Part shown: in pieces, positions 1 to 11,310 of the stretch
Numbering within the stretch: position 1 is the first letter of the stretch
Layout: each line of letters opens with the position of its first letter
NCBI RefSeq assembly: GCF_902713615.1
Contig: NC_052158.1
Location: forward strand, 153,033,400-153,097,399
Source: Scyliorhinus canicula
Taxonomy: Eukaryota
Length of the DNA stretch: 64,000 nt
Direction: 5' to 3'
Notes under the pieces: model-generated
Seen by the model: only the letters and a program-made list of their open reading frames with translations
The model's database searches: none
Told to the model about the DNA's origin: nothing
Position numbers and translations under genes: made by a program

Positions 1-450
1 CATGTCATTCAAATGCTTGGAGATGGTCGCAGCCGCCGCTGCTGTTTTCGCCGTCTTTGCTCCTCCTGCGGCGCAGGTTACGGCGGAGGAGCAGAAGAAC
101 CGCACCAATGTATAGCAGCTGGAAGTAACATATTTCCCGCAATATTTGGGATAATGTTAGCAACTAAAAACAACAGTAATAAACTTAATTTGACTTGTGT
201 TAATTATTTAAAACATCCCGAATGTATATATTTTGTGAGAATTGTTTTACTTAATCAGTAAAATGAAAGATTATTACGCGACCTGGTAACTTAATAGTTT
301 GATATTGCGTGACCTTTACCAGCCAAGTGATTGTAAAAGAAGGCTGCGTGTCTTAATTTATTTCGGTTGCTAATCGTGCAAGAAGTTAAAACTACTTGCA
401 AACATAACTGAACTAACCTCTGTCATGACTAAACCATATTCGTTCCGCAG

Positions 451-742
451 TTTTGATTCAAGGGCTTTTCGCCTTGTGCAGACCATGATTTTTGCAATAG
501 AGGAAATAAACAAGGACAAGATGCTCCTTCCGAACATTACATTGGGCTACATGATTCATGATGTCTGCGCATCCCCCAAGATTGCAACAGAAATCGCTCT
601 GGCTCTGGTTAATGGACAGGAAGAAAGGTTTGCGGGTCACATCTGCAACAGGTCACTTAATATCCCAGGCATTGTTGGTGGCGATGGATCCTCGGAGTCG
701 ATCGCAGTGGCAAGGACAATTAGTCCTTTCAAAATACCGATG
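451..742 (+). CDS. V2R/OlfC-like class C GPCR gene A, exon 2 (exon 1 upstream of window)
   Basis: ccgcAG acceptor at 449-450; encodes [45 protein letters not shown]; donor ATG|GTGAGA at 743; 292 nt, phase matches exon 2 of genes B and C. Confidence 0.95.
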
Positions 743-1207
743 GTGAGATTCAGCAAAAATTACTCAGCCGCTATCATATAGCTGAATAAAATAACACATT
801 GCTAGATATATATAAAGTGGACATTTAGGCGACAGTCTGATTGACTGATAGAATTGTCTCCTGAATTGGAAATTTGAGCTTTCAATTGCAACTTCAGAAG
901 CTTGGACACAAAATCTAGACTGACAGTTCAGGCAGTGTTGGAGACATCTTGGGTATTTGGATCATTTTTGCCACTCTTGAGATTAAATGTGTGATGTGGA
1001 TCTAATGAATACTGTGACAGGGTTGGCAGAAGGACTGGGAAGTTGGCTGTCTGGCCAATTTGATCATTCAATCGACATCAGCAAAGAATGTAAATTCTCT
1101 GCTCAATATCAAGTTGCTGTCTGAGAGATTTTAAGCTGGTTCTCACATAGTTTATGTTAAACAGTGACAGCAATTAAAAAACACTGAACCGGTTGTCGTG
1201 TAAAGTG

Positions 1208-1523
1208 CGGCACAGTGGCACAATGGTTAGCATTGCTGCCTCACAGTTCAATTCAATCCTTGGGCCTGTGAGGAGTTTGCAATTTCTCCTCGTGTGTGCG
1301 TGGGTTTCCTCCGGGTGCTCTGGATTCCTCCCACAGTCCAAAGATGTGCAGGTTAGGTGGATTGGCCATGACACAAATTGCCCGTTGATGTGCAGGTGGG
1401 GTTACAGGGTTGGGGGGGGGGGGGGGGAGGGGGGAGTGGTCCTGGGTACGCCACTCTTTCAAAGGGTCGGTGCAGACTCGATGGACCGAATGGCTTCTGC
1501 ACGGAAGGGATTCTATGATTCTA
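1208..1523 (+). mobile_element. HE1/V-SINE, CR1-type tail
   Basis: tRNA head (TGGTTAGC..GTTCAA), V core gtgtgcgtgggtttcctccgggtgctc, tail gcagactcgatggaccgaatggc..ttctatgattcta. Confidence 0.85.
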
Positions 1524-1802
1524 CGTCTAGAAATGCAAGATCCGTCTTTTGTCCCCCCCCCCCCCCCCCCACTTCTTCCAGTCACTTCTTCAGGGTAACG
1601 AATGAAATGCAGTTGTTTTTATTTGTCACCAAATCTCGGAATAATTGCCGATTGTCCAGGGGCCATTAATCATGGCCTAATCTTACAGAATACGGGCACA
1701 TCTTCGCAATTTATTTTCGAATGTTTGAAAGTGTGAAAGCTGCGAATTTAAGGCGCGTGCCAATGATCTGCTTCATTTGTTTTCATGTTTGTTTGATTTC
1801 AG

Positions 1803-2636
1803 GTTAGTTACTTTTCCACGTGCCTCTGCCTCAGTAACAGGAAGGAATATCCGACATTCTATAGAACAATACCAAGTGACTATCATCAATCCAGAGCTTT
1901 GGCCTTACTTGTTCAGAGGTTTGGGTGGACATGGATTGGGGCCATTCGCAGCAACAATGACTACGGCAACTCGGGAATGAAGGAGTTTATAGAAGCTGCC
2001 CTGAACTTCGGCATTTGCATTGCTTTCTCCGAATCGTTTTACAGAACCGACTCTGTGGAAAAGATCTCGAAAATCGTGCAAGTGATAAAAGCTTCTTCCA
2101 CCAAAGTCGTGGTGGCTTTTGCTTCACCGGGAGATATGCGCGTTTTATTTGACGAGGTCTTGAGGCAAGATCTGACTGGCGTACAGTGGATAGGAAGCGA
2201 AGCTTGGATAACAGCAGATGTGCTAGCTCCAGATAAAAGCTCCAGGTTCCTGACCGGGGCAATCGGGACTAATGTGCGTGCGGTAGAGGTCCCGGGACTG
2301 CGGGACTTCCTGCTCAGGATCCACCCTTCTATGTTTCCTGGTGATAGTTTAGTCACGGAATTTTGGGAAAACACCTTCAGATGCTCCCTGACGATGGATG
2401 GCAATGGGAGGCGAATGGCTTCTTCTTCACCACACCCTCCATGCACCGGGAATGAAACTTTGTTTGAAATGCACGACGTGTACACCGACCCAACTCTGGA
2501 CGGGAGCTCCTACAATGTCTATAAAGCCGTCTACACGTTCGCACACGCACTTCACAGAATGTTTTCATGTGAAAAACACAAAGGACCTTTCCAAAGTAAC
2601 ACATGCGCCCATTTTTCGAACTTCGAGTCGTGGCAG
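1803..2636 (+). CDS. V2R/OlfC-like gene A, exon 3 (Venus flytrap domain)
   Basis: tttcAG|GTTAGTTAC; VSYFSTC..FYRTIPSD..FGWTWIG..NDYG..WIGSEAW..YNVYKAVY..AHAL..WQ|GTAAGC; 834 nt, in frame with ORF 1899..2684. Confidence 0.96.
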
Positions 2637-2723
2637 GTAAGCGATATATTTGTACGTTGCTCTTCTGAATGTGCGCAGATCTGAAACATTAACCCTGACT
2701 CTCTCTGCACAGATTGCACCAGA

Positions 2724-4100
2724 GTAGAACATAGAACATTACAGCGCAAGTCCGGGCCCTTCGGCCCTCGATGTTGCGCCGACCTGTGAAACCATCTGAA
2801 GCCGATCTGACCTACACTATTCCATTTTCATCCATATGTCTATCCAGTGACCACTTAAATGCCCTTAAAGTTGGTGAGTCTACTACTGTTGCAGGCAGGG
2901 CGTTCCACACCCCTACTACTCTCTGAGTAAAGCAACTGCCTCTGACATCTGTCCTATATCTACCGCCCCTCAATTGAAAGCTGTGTCCCCTCGTGTTGGA
3001 CATCACCATCCAAGGAAAGAGACTCTCACTGTCCACCCTATCTAACCCTCTGACTATCTTATATGTCTCTATTAAGTCACCTCCCAGCCTTCTCTTCTCT
3101 AACGAAAACAACCTCAAGTCCCTGAGCCTTTCCTCGTAAGACCTTCCCTCCATACCAGGCAACATCCTAGTAAATCTCCTCTGAACCCTTTCCAAAGCTT
3201 CCACATCCTTCCTATAATGTGGTGACCAGAACTGCACGCAGTTCTCCAGGAGCGGCCGCACCAGAGTTATGTACAGCTGCAGCATGACCTTGTGGCTCCG
3301 AAACTCAATCCCCCTACTGATAAAGGCTAGCACACCATATGCCTTCTTAACAGCCCTATTAACCTGGGTGGCAACTTTCAGGGATTTATGTACCTGGATG
3401 CCGAGATCTCTCTGTTCATCTACACTACCAAGAATCTTGCCATTAGCCCAGTACTCTGCATTCCTGTTACTCCTTCCAAAGTGAACCACCTCACACTTTT
3501 CCACATTAAACTCTATCTGCCACCTCTCAGCCCAGCTCTGCAGCTTATCTATGTCCCTCTGTATCCTATAACATCCTTCAGCACTATCCACAACTCCACC
3601 GACCTTGGTGTCATCTGCAAATTTACTAACCCATCCTTCTACACCCTCTTCCAGGTCATTTATAAAAATGACAAACAGCAGTGGCCCCAAAACAGATCCT
3701 TGTGGTACACCATTAGTAACTGAACTCCAGGATGAACATGTGCCATCAACCATCACCCTCTGTCTTCTTTCAGCTAGCCAATTACTGATTCAAACCGCTA
3801 AATCACCTTCAATCCCATACTTCCTTATTTTCTGCAATAGCCTACCATGGGGAAACTTATCAAATGCCTTACTGAAATCCATATACACCACATCAACCGC
3901 TTTACCCTCATCCACCTGTTTGGTCACCTTCTCAAAAAACTCAATAAGGTTTGTGAGGCATGACCTACCCTTCACAAAACCGTGTTGACTATCGCTAATC
4001 AACTTGTTCTTTTCAAGATGATTATAAACCCTATCTCTTATAACCCTTTCCAACATTTTACCCACAACCGAAGTAAGGCTCACAGGCCTATAATTACCAG
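2724..4100 (-). mobile_element. CR1-clade LINE, 5'-truncated and young
   Basis: RT: GNYRPVSLTSVVGK..QHGF..YMDFSKAFD..GVPQGSVLGP..KFADDTK; ORFs 3790..4251 and 2812..3756 share a frame, split by one TGG>TGA; (AGAACAT)n tail at ~2724. Confidence 0.93.
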
Positions 4101-4189
4101 TATTCCCACCATTTCTAGTTTTATTTCGGGGTTGGTTTTGGAGGAGGTAATTACTCCAGCAAAATGTCAATAGCAAAATAAGGTGAAAA

Positions 4190-4970
4190 GGAATAGAAAG
4201 GTTCTGGTATCGCACAGTTGTTACGGGGCAGGAGGAGGCCATTTGGCCCATGGTGTCCGCACTGGCACATGATTTTGTGCCATTCCGCTGCCTTTGCCCC
4301 TTCCTGAATACTGTTTCTATTCAAGCAATGGCCAAATGCCTCCCTGAATGCCTCGGTTCAACCTGCTCCCACCACACTCTCAGGCACAGCATTCCACACC
4401 CCACCCACTCATTGTGAACGTTGTTTTACTCACATACATTTCCTTCTTTTCCGAATCTCTTTAACTGTGTGCCCGTGGTTCTCTACCATTTTAAAGCGGG
4501 AACCGTTTCTTCCTGTCTGCTCTGTCCAGCATGATTTTGAACAGCTATATCAAATCTCTCCCTAACCTTCTCTCCCAGGAGAAGCATTCGAAATCTCCCC
4601 AATCTATCCTCACAACTGAATTTTCTCATCCCAGGGAACCATTCTTGTGAACCTCTTTATACTAATAATCGCTTATTGTCACAAGTAGGCTTCAATGAAG
4701 TTACTGTGAAAGGCCCCAAGTGGCCACATTCTGGCGCCTCTTCGGGGATGCCGGTACGGAAATTGGACCCGCCCTGTTGGCCTTGTTCTGCATTACAAGC
4801 CAGCTGTTTAGCCCACTGTGCTAAACCAGCCCCATATTAAACCAGCCCCCATCTTCCCCACTCTCTCCAATGTGTTCCCATCCTTCCTATAGTGTTGCAC
4901 CCAGAACTGTACGCAATATTCTTGCTGAGGTCTAACTAGTGTCTTGTTTAATTCAGCATAACCACCTTGT
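4190..4970 (-). mobile_element. Older degenerate CR1 3' fragment (SINE-interrupted)
   Basis: Recognisable similarity to the 3' part of the adjacent CR1 (e.g. atccttcctatagtgttgcacccagaactgtac). Confidence 0.7.
4663..4850 (-). mobile_element. Short tRNA-SINE (GGGGCTGGTTTAGC head), Rex1-type tail, duplicated head
   Basis: Family consensus seen about 10 times in the window. Confidence 0.85.
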
Positions 4971-5071
4971 ATTTTTGGAAAGATTGCTGGGACGGTATCA
5001 TCCTAAAGTGTGAATGACCCGGGTTACAAATGTAAAGCCCCTAACAAAATCTGTCCGGTTGTTCACTCAAG

Positions 5072-5299
5072 CTTCTACATTACATGGACTCCGTGCATTT
5101 CACAACGACAACAGGCGAGAAGGTGTATTTTGACGACAATGGCAATCCAACAGCCGGGTACGACCTTGTGAACTGGCAAAAGAATGCAAAGGGCGGCATT
5201 GAACTTAAGATAGTTGGACAGTACAATGGGTCTGCACCTCCGGGGAAAGAACTGGTTTTGAACCCGAAGCACGTTATCTGGAGTGGTGGTGGCCGCGAG
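5072..5299 (+). CDS. V2R/OlfC-like gene A, exon 4
   Basis: ctcaAG|CTTCTACATTACATG; LLHYMDSVHF..VYFDDNGNP..YDLVNWQ..W; GAG|GTTTGT; 228 nt, same length as gene B exon 4. Confidence 0.94.
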
Positions 5300-6156
5300 G
5301 TTTGTCTGTCAATTCAAAATGGCTTTAATCTGACTACATGTTATAGTTGTTAATTTCGATTCATTGTGTTCCTCAATATCGTTCCGACACGATCCTATCA
5401 CCAGTTATTTTCTACTGGAAATTAACTGGACTTAAACAATTGGGTTGGTTGTCACTTGAACTTACGTCAGCGCGTAGGCACCGGATTGGTCTTTCCATTG
5501 CAACATTGGGTGTCAAGGCAATGTTTATGATTTGATATAATAATAATTCTTCTCAGCATTGCTTGATGAAAAGTAGACACTCGCGAGAAATATTACCGAT
5601 CGTGATATTAGAGATGAATTTTTTAAAAGGTGGAAAACAGGGTCGAGGAATTAAAAAAGAAACAAAGATCTGGAACAATCCAGGAACAAAATGCTGCCGA
5701 TACTTGAGACGAAATAAAACCGGCAAGTGGCCGAAAAGCCCAACAGGCTTGACAACGTTTGTGGAGAGCAAGACAAAAGTTTATGGTCCTGATCTTTCGG
5801 CAATAACTGTTTCTTTCTCCCTCAATGTTGCTCGACCTGCTGAGTATTTGCGGCAATTTCTGCTTTTATTTTGTGTTGGAGGTTTGGACTGAACGGATTT
5901 AATTAGTCTGATTCGCAAGGCATGATTAACGACGTATTCTAAAGAAGTGTGCTTTGTTCTGCTCGGATCTCCTCCATTGTAATTGGCTGTGGAGTGCAGA
6001 AGCCGGAGGCCCAGGGTCAGTATTCGCACCTGATGGTGACAGCACACTAATGGGAACAAACCCGGGGAGAATGCAGGAATCTTGCAGTTCAACCGAAATA
6101 GACAAAAAACAATTAGTCCATCTCCTCATGCCATCGTAAAGCTCTGAGCCAGCGAA

Positions 6157-6462
6157 ATAATAATCTTTATTGTCACAAGTAGGTTTACATTGACACTGCA
6201 ATGAAGTTACTGTGAAAATCCCCTAGTCGCCACATTCCGGCGCCTGTTCAGGTTCACAGAGGGAGAATTCAGAATGTCCAATTCACCTAGCAAGCACGTC
6301 TTTTGGGACTTGTAGGAGGAAACCAGAGCATCAGGAGGAAACCCACGCAGACACGGGGAGAACGTGCAGACTCCGCACAGACAGTGACCCCAGCCGGGAA
6401 TAGAACCTGGGACCCTGGAGCTGTGAAGCAACAGTACTAACGACTGTACTACTGTGCTGTCC
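6157..6462 (-). mobile_element. V-SINE with Rex1-type tail
   Basis: V core plus GGCGCCGGAATGTGGCGACTAGGGG..CTTGTGACAATAAAGATTATTA. Confidence 0.85.
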
Positions 6463-7141
6463 AAATAATTGTTTTTGAACAGTAGTAGCTAGAGGAATAC
6501 AGATATTTTGTGCACTGCAAGTTCATGCAAATAATAAGGGAGATAGATGACCAGCGAACCTGCTTTTAGAGACATTTTTGCGGCACAGACAATTGGAAAC
6601 ACCCAGTGACAGCCCAATGGTCTTGTTCAAAGTGTGAAGCGAATGGAGAGTAACGTCTGACAGCATGTGAAACTATCTTTCCACCCAATCCCATCGGTAT
6701 TCAGCCTGGAGAGCTGTATTCCTGGAAGAGATTTGCTGGAATGCCTGATGAGGAATTATGTGGACAGAGTGGAAAGCTAGGATTTTTCAAGAGGAAACTT
6801 AATAGAAACGTTCATAATAATGATGGGTTGAGGTAGAGTCACTAAGTGGAGACAGTTCCTGATAGCTGAAGAGTTGATAACCAGACCTGCTGGACATTGG
6901 CCAAAGTATTAGAAGAGACACGAGGAAACCTTTTTTAAAAAATTAAAATTAAAATTTGGAGTTAGCTTTCTAATAGAGTGGAAGATACAGAAAAAACATG
7001 GCTTTCTAAAGGGAATTGAAAAAGCATATAATGGAGGAACAATGTAGGCGTTTATGGAAAGTTGTGGGAGAATGAGATGAATTGAACTGCTCTTCAAAAG
7101 AGCTACACCAGGCGATGGTCGAATGGTCTCTCCCTGTCTCC

Positions 7142-7737
7142 TGTTATGGACCAGGGTTTAGAAAACTCCAAAGTATATCATGGAATTCACCTGACCCACG
7201 ACGTTTAATAGATTGTGGTTATGGGAGCACCATGGCCTACTTTACAGGCGTGATGCAACAGAGAGCTAAAGTACTTTTTAAACAAAACTATGTTTATTTA
7301 TGAATCCAGTTAACACTTTATAAACCCACAGTAAACATCTCAACAACTATCAACACCAATAATCTACAATATTCTATAAGTCACCCTTCGTAACTTTCCT
7401 AACAACATCCATAAGACCAGAAGACCCCTTTTCAGAAAGACAGCAGGTTTAAATTCTCCACAAAAACAGGTATTACTTTCAAATCACACAAATGAACATT
7501 ATTTAGCTTGTAGAGGTATCCATACATATCTGCATGCTTTCACTGCAGCTCTCCACTCTGAAACCGAAACTAAAACACGCAGACACACACCAGCGTTTTG
7601 TTCAAAGGGTGTCACAGCTCAGCTCCACCCACACACTGACATCACTGCAACTATTTGATAAACACCAATTTCTTAAAGGTACATCCTCAACAGCTATTTG
7701 ATAAACATCTATTTCTTAAAGGTACTCTCACATGACA
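7142..7737 (-). mobile_element. Solo LTR (596 bp)
   Basis: Termini TGTTATG...CATGACA; 4-bp flanks CTCC/CTCT; AATAAA on minus strand near 7295; internal ~43-bp tandem duplication at 7651-7730; interrupts a CR1 tail. Confidence 0.75.
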
Positions 7738-7986
7738 CTCTGTACCATGCTATACATGTGTGATCCCATGATAATGCAGATGGAATGATGAAATCAGGCT
7801 ATCTGTCAAATGCCGAATTGGGGTTAGTCAAATGTTCTTCAAAGAAGGAATTGTGCCAATTATGATCTTGCTCAGAACATGGGCAAACCCACTACATTGA
7901 CGGCTGATACAATACTTGCATTGGCTTAAGTAATGGGAGGAATATGTTTATGGTTGTCAACTATAGTCCATCCTATTTCTTTTTCT

Positions 7987-8290
7987 GGATTTGATTTGAT
8001 TTGATTTGGTTTATTGTCACATGTACCAAAGTACAGTGAAAAGTATATTCCTGCGGCCGAGGGAACGCACAGAGTATGTACATAGTAGACAAAAGAATAA
8101 TCAACAGAGAACATTGACAAATGGTACATCGACAAACAGTAATTGGTTACAGTGCAGATCGAGGGGCCGAACAAAGCAAATACATGAGCAAGAGCAGCAT
8201 AGGGTGTTGTGAATAGTGTTCTTCCAGGGAACAGATCAGTCTGAGTGAGAGCCATTGAGGAGTCTAGTAGCTGTGGGGAAGAAGCTGTTG
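7987..8290 (-). mobile_element. Rex1/Babar-like LINE 3' end
   Basis: (GATTT)n tail plus tttattgtcacatgtacc, the same 3' end as the coding Rex1-like copies at 24.1, 25.1 and 56.1 kb. Confidence 0.7.
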
Positions 8291-8419
8291 CGCTTGTGAC
8301 AATAACCCCACTTCGTTCAGACATGCAAACATACAATTCATTCATCCAAAATCTGCCACCCAGTTCAAAGTAATACAATGTTTCCTAAAATTCCCACTAT
8401 AATACTTCACAATTAACAG

Positions 8420-9240
8420 AGTCATAGAGTCATACAGCACAGAAAAGGCCATTCAGCCCAATGCATCTGAGCCGGTCAAAAACAACCACCTAACTATTGA
8501 ATCCCATTTTCCAGGACTTGGCCCAAAGCCTTATTTGCCCTGGGATCGCAAGTGCACATTTACCGTATATACTCGTGTATCATGCAACTTTTGAAGACCT
8601 AAATTGTAACCTAAATTTAGGGGTCGCATGATACGCGAGATCGCATGATACGCGAGTATATACGGTAAATACTTCTTAAATGTTACGAGGGTCTCTGCCT
8701 CCACCACCCTTTCAGGCAGCGAATTCCAAACTCCCACCACCCTCTGGATAAAATAAAGTTTGTCCTCACATCCCCTCTAACCCTCCAGCCCAGTCCCTTA
8801 AATCTATGACCCCTGGTTATTGACTGCTCCACCAAGGGGAAAGGTTTGTTCCTGTCTAGTCTATCCTATGCCCTTCATCATTTTGTACAACTCCATCATG
8901 CCCCCCCCCCCCCCCCCCTCAGTCTCATCTGCTCCAAGTAAAACAATCCAAGTCTATCCAATCTTTCAACATCCAGGTAAATTCCTCTGCATCCTTTCCA
9001 GTGCTATCATATCCCTCCTAGAATGTGGATTCCAGAACTGCACACAATATTCCATCTGTGGCCTCACCAACGTTTTATTCAGTTCCAGCACTTCCGGCTC
9101 TTAAACTCTGCCTCGCCTAATAAAGGCAAGTAAACCATGTGCTGCCTTGACCACTCTATCCACCTGCTCTGCTATCTGAAGGGACCGGTGAACATGCACA
9201 CCAAGGTCCCTCTGATCCTGGGTGCTTTCCAGGGCCCTAT
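8420..9240 (-). mobile_element. CR1 3' fragment hosting a MITE
   Basis: VGVWNSLPERVVEA..TFKKYL; (TCATAGAG) tail. Confidence 0.75.
8563..8665. mobile_element. Tc1/mariner (Tc2/pogo-like) MITE, 103 bp
   Basis: TIRs CCGTATATACTCGTGTATCATGC / GCATGATACGCGAGTATATACGG; TA duplication on both sides; host CR1 rejoins across it. Confidence 0.85.
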
Positions 9241-9693
9241 TAATGTTTAACACAATCGGGGTAGATCACTGACAACGCTGCGCTCTCGGGATGTTGCACG
9301 TGGGTCAGCTTCTTTGTTCCATGTCCTGCAAACTAGACAACAGTCGAAAACGCGGAATAATCCATCTGATTTTCAGCTACATTTCTGCCATAAATCTATT
9401 TCTATTTTACTCAATCCAATCCACACATTGGCAGTAAAACACAGTACCTGGACGTCTGTTAACGCGATCTGAATTTTAATCTTCAGAACATACGAACACA
9501 GGAAATAGAAACAAGATTAGGCTATTCGGCCTCTCGAGCCCATTCTGCCATTCAACTAAGTCATGGCTTACCTTCTACCTAAACACCATATCCCTGCACC
9601 ATCCCCTTATTCCTTTGTGTCTTTAATATCTAAAACTATCAATCTCAATCTTGAACATACTCAATGACTGAGGCTCCACAACCATCTGGTGTA

Positions 9694-9885
9694 GATGAAA
9701 AATGAAAAGAAATGAAAATTGCTTATTGTCACGCGTAGGCTTCAATGAAGTTACTGTGAAAAGCCCCTAGTTGCCACATTCCGGCGCCTGTCCGGGGAGG
9801 CTTGTACGGGAATCGAATCATGCTGCTGGCCTGCTTGGTCTGCTTTAAAAGCCAGCGATTTAGCCCAGTGAGCTAAACCAGCCCC
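9694..9885 (-). mobile_element. Short tRNA-SINE
   Basis: Family consensus, (TTTCA)n tail. Confidence 0.85.
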
Positions 9886-10247
9886 TAATAATTCCAAGGA
9901 TTCACCACGATCTTGAATTTCGAGTGCAGAAATTCCTCCTGAGTCCTAAATGGTCCGCCTCTCATTACTAGACTGTGACCCCCGGTTCGAGACACCCCAA
10001 CGAGGGAAATAACCATCCTGCAGCCACCCTGTCGAGCCCTGGAATAATTGCTTCTGCTTGAATGAGATCATCTCTCGTTTTTCTAAACACCAAACAGAGA
10101 TTACAGGCCAAGCCTCTTCAATCTCTCTTCAAAAGGCAATCCCTCCATCCAAGGAATCAGTTTGGCAAACCATGACAGTACTCCCTCTATGGCAAGTACA
10201 TCCTTCCTGAGGGAAAGAGGCTGAAGTGTACACAATGCACTGAGATG

Positions 10248-10642
10248 CGGCAATGTGGCACAGTGATTATCACTGCTTCCCCACAGCACCAGGGACCCAG
10301 ATTCAATCCTGGCTTTGGGTGACTGTCGGTGTGGAGATTGCACATCCTCCCCGTGTCTTTGTCTGTTTCCTCCGGGTGCTCTGGTTTCCTTCCACAGTCC
10401 AAAGATGTGCAGGTTAGGTGGATTGGCCATGGAAATTGATCCTTAGTGTCCAAAGATGTGCAGATTAGGTGGATTGGCCATGCTAAAGTGCGCCTTAATG
10501 TCTAAACTTGTGCAGGTATGGTGCGGTTATGGGGATAGGGCGGGTGAGTGGACCACGGTAGGGTGCACCTTTCGAAGGGTCAATGTGGACTCGACTGGCC
10601 GAATGGCCTCCTTCTGCACTGTTGGGATTTGGTGATTCTATG
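10248..10642 (+). mobile_element. HE1/V-SINE, CR1 tail, internal tandem duplication
   Basis: gtccaaagatgtgcag.ttaggtggattggccatg occurs twice. Confidence 0.85.
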
Positions 10643-11081
10643 AATAAACTAGGTTTGGTCTCACCAAGGTCTGTACAATTGCAGCGAGACGTTTTTTTTA
10701 CTGCTGTACTGAAATCCTCTGACAATAATGGCAGAGAACCTCTTCTGCATCGTCCTCGCAACTCATATTCCCCGAGCTGTGTTTAGTCATCACCTTGATG
10801 GTAAAGTTACAATATTTGTTTTATTACTTTATCAGAGTTACAAAGCCAGAGCTCAGAGTGTGGACAGGGACAAACCCCTAATCCAGTTCTTTGCCTGCTC
10901 CAAAAAACAATTCAAATTGAATCCAATTCATGGTCCTCACAAGAGAGACATACCAGGTCCAGGCATTACACCTGACCTCACGCTCATCTTTGATGAGGAC
11001 CTAGATAGCGATTTTAAGAATGCAATCACAGAAATCTATCAGTATCACAGGGTAGATAATCTATTGTTTCCTTCCTGGAAG

Positions 11082-11205
11082 ATTCCCCCTGCAGTGTGCT
11101 CCGAAAGCTGCTCCCCAGGAACCAGGAAAATGGTGAGGAAAGGACAGCCTGTTTGTTGTTTTGACTGCACCGCCTGTGCGGATGGGGAGATAAGTAACAT
11201 TACAG
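11082..11205 (+). CDS. V2R/OlfC-like gene A, exon 5 (cysteine-rich NCD3G domain)
   Basis: ggaAG|ATTCCC; IPPAVCSESCSPGTRK..GQPVCCFDCTACADGEISNIT; G|GTCAGT; 124 nt. Confidence 0.94.
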
Positions 11206-11310
11206 GTCAGTCGAAATACAGGAACTATTTTAATGTGCGATTTCCGAGATGTCTTCAGAGATGTCAACATATGCACGTCTTAGTTTAATAAACGTTTCCT
11301 TTCCTTGTAG

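Larger units (their letters stand above)
9485..10730 (-). mobile_element. Degenerate CR1 3' fragment with two SINE insertions
   Basis: LRKDVLAIEGV..IPWMEGLPFEERLKRLGL; tail similar to the CR1 at 31.5 kb. Confidence 0.7.

Noticed and set aside
13-261. ORF 13..261 as exon 1 of gene A
   Set aside because: No signal peptide or GD..LGG.F..H motif, unlike exon 1 of B and C
1193-1669. Many 60-160 aa ORFs with CGRKPEHPEETH / VRSLHVLPVCAWVSSG
   Set aside because: Translations of the V-SINE core, recurring at every SINE copy
5780-5875. Further ribozyme-bearing repeats (also 2675-2722, 60125-60230)
   Set aside because: Share a degenerate ctccacaga..gacctgctgagt repeat, but no intact CTGANGA/GAAA core is visible
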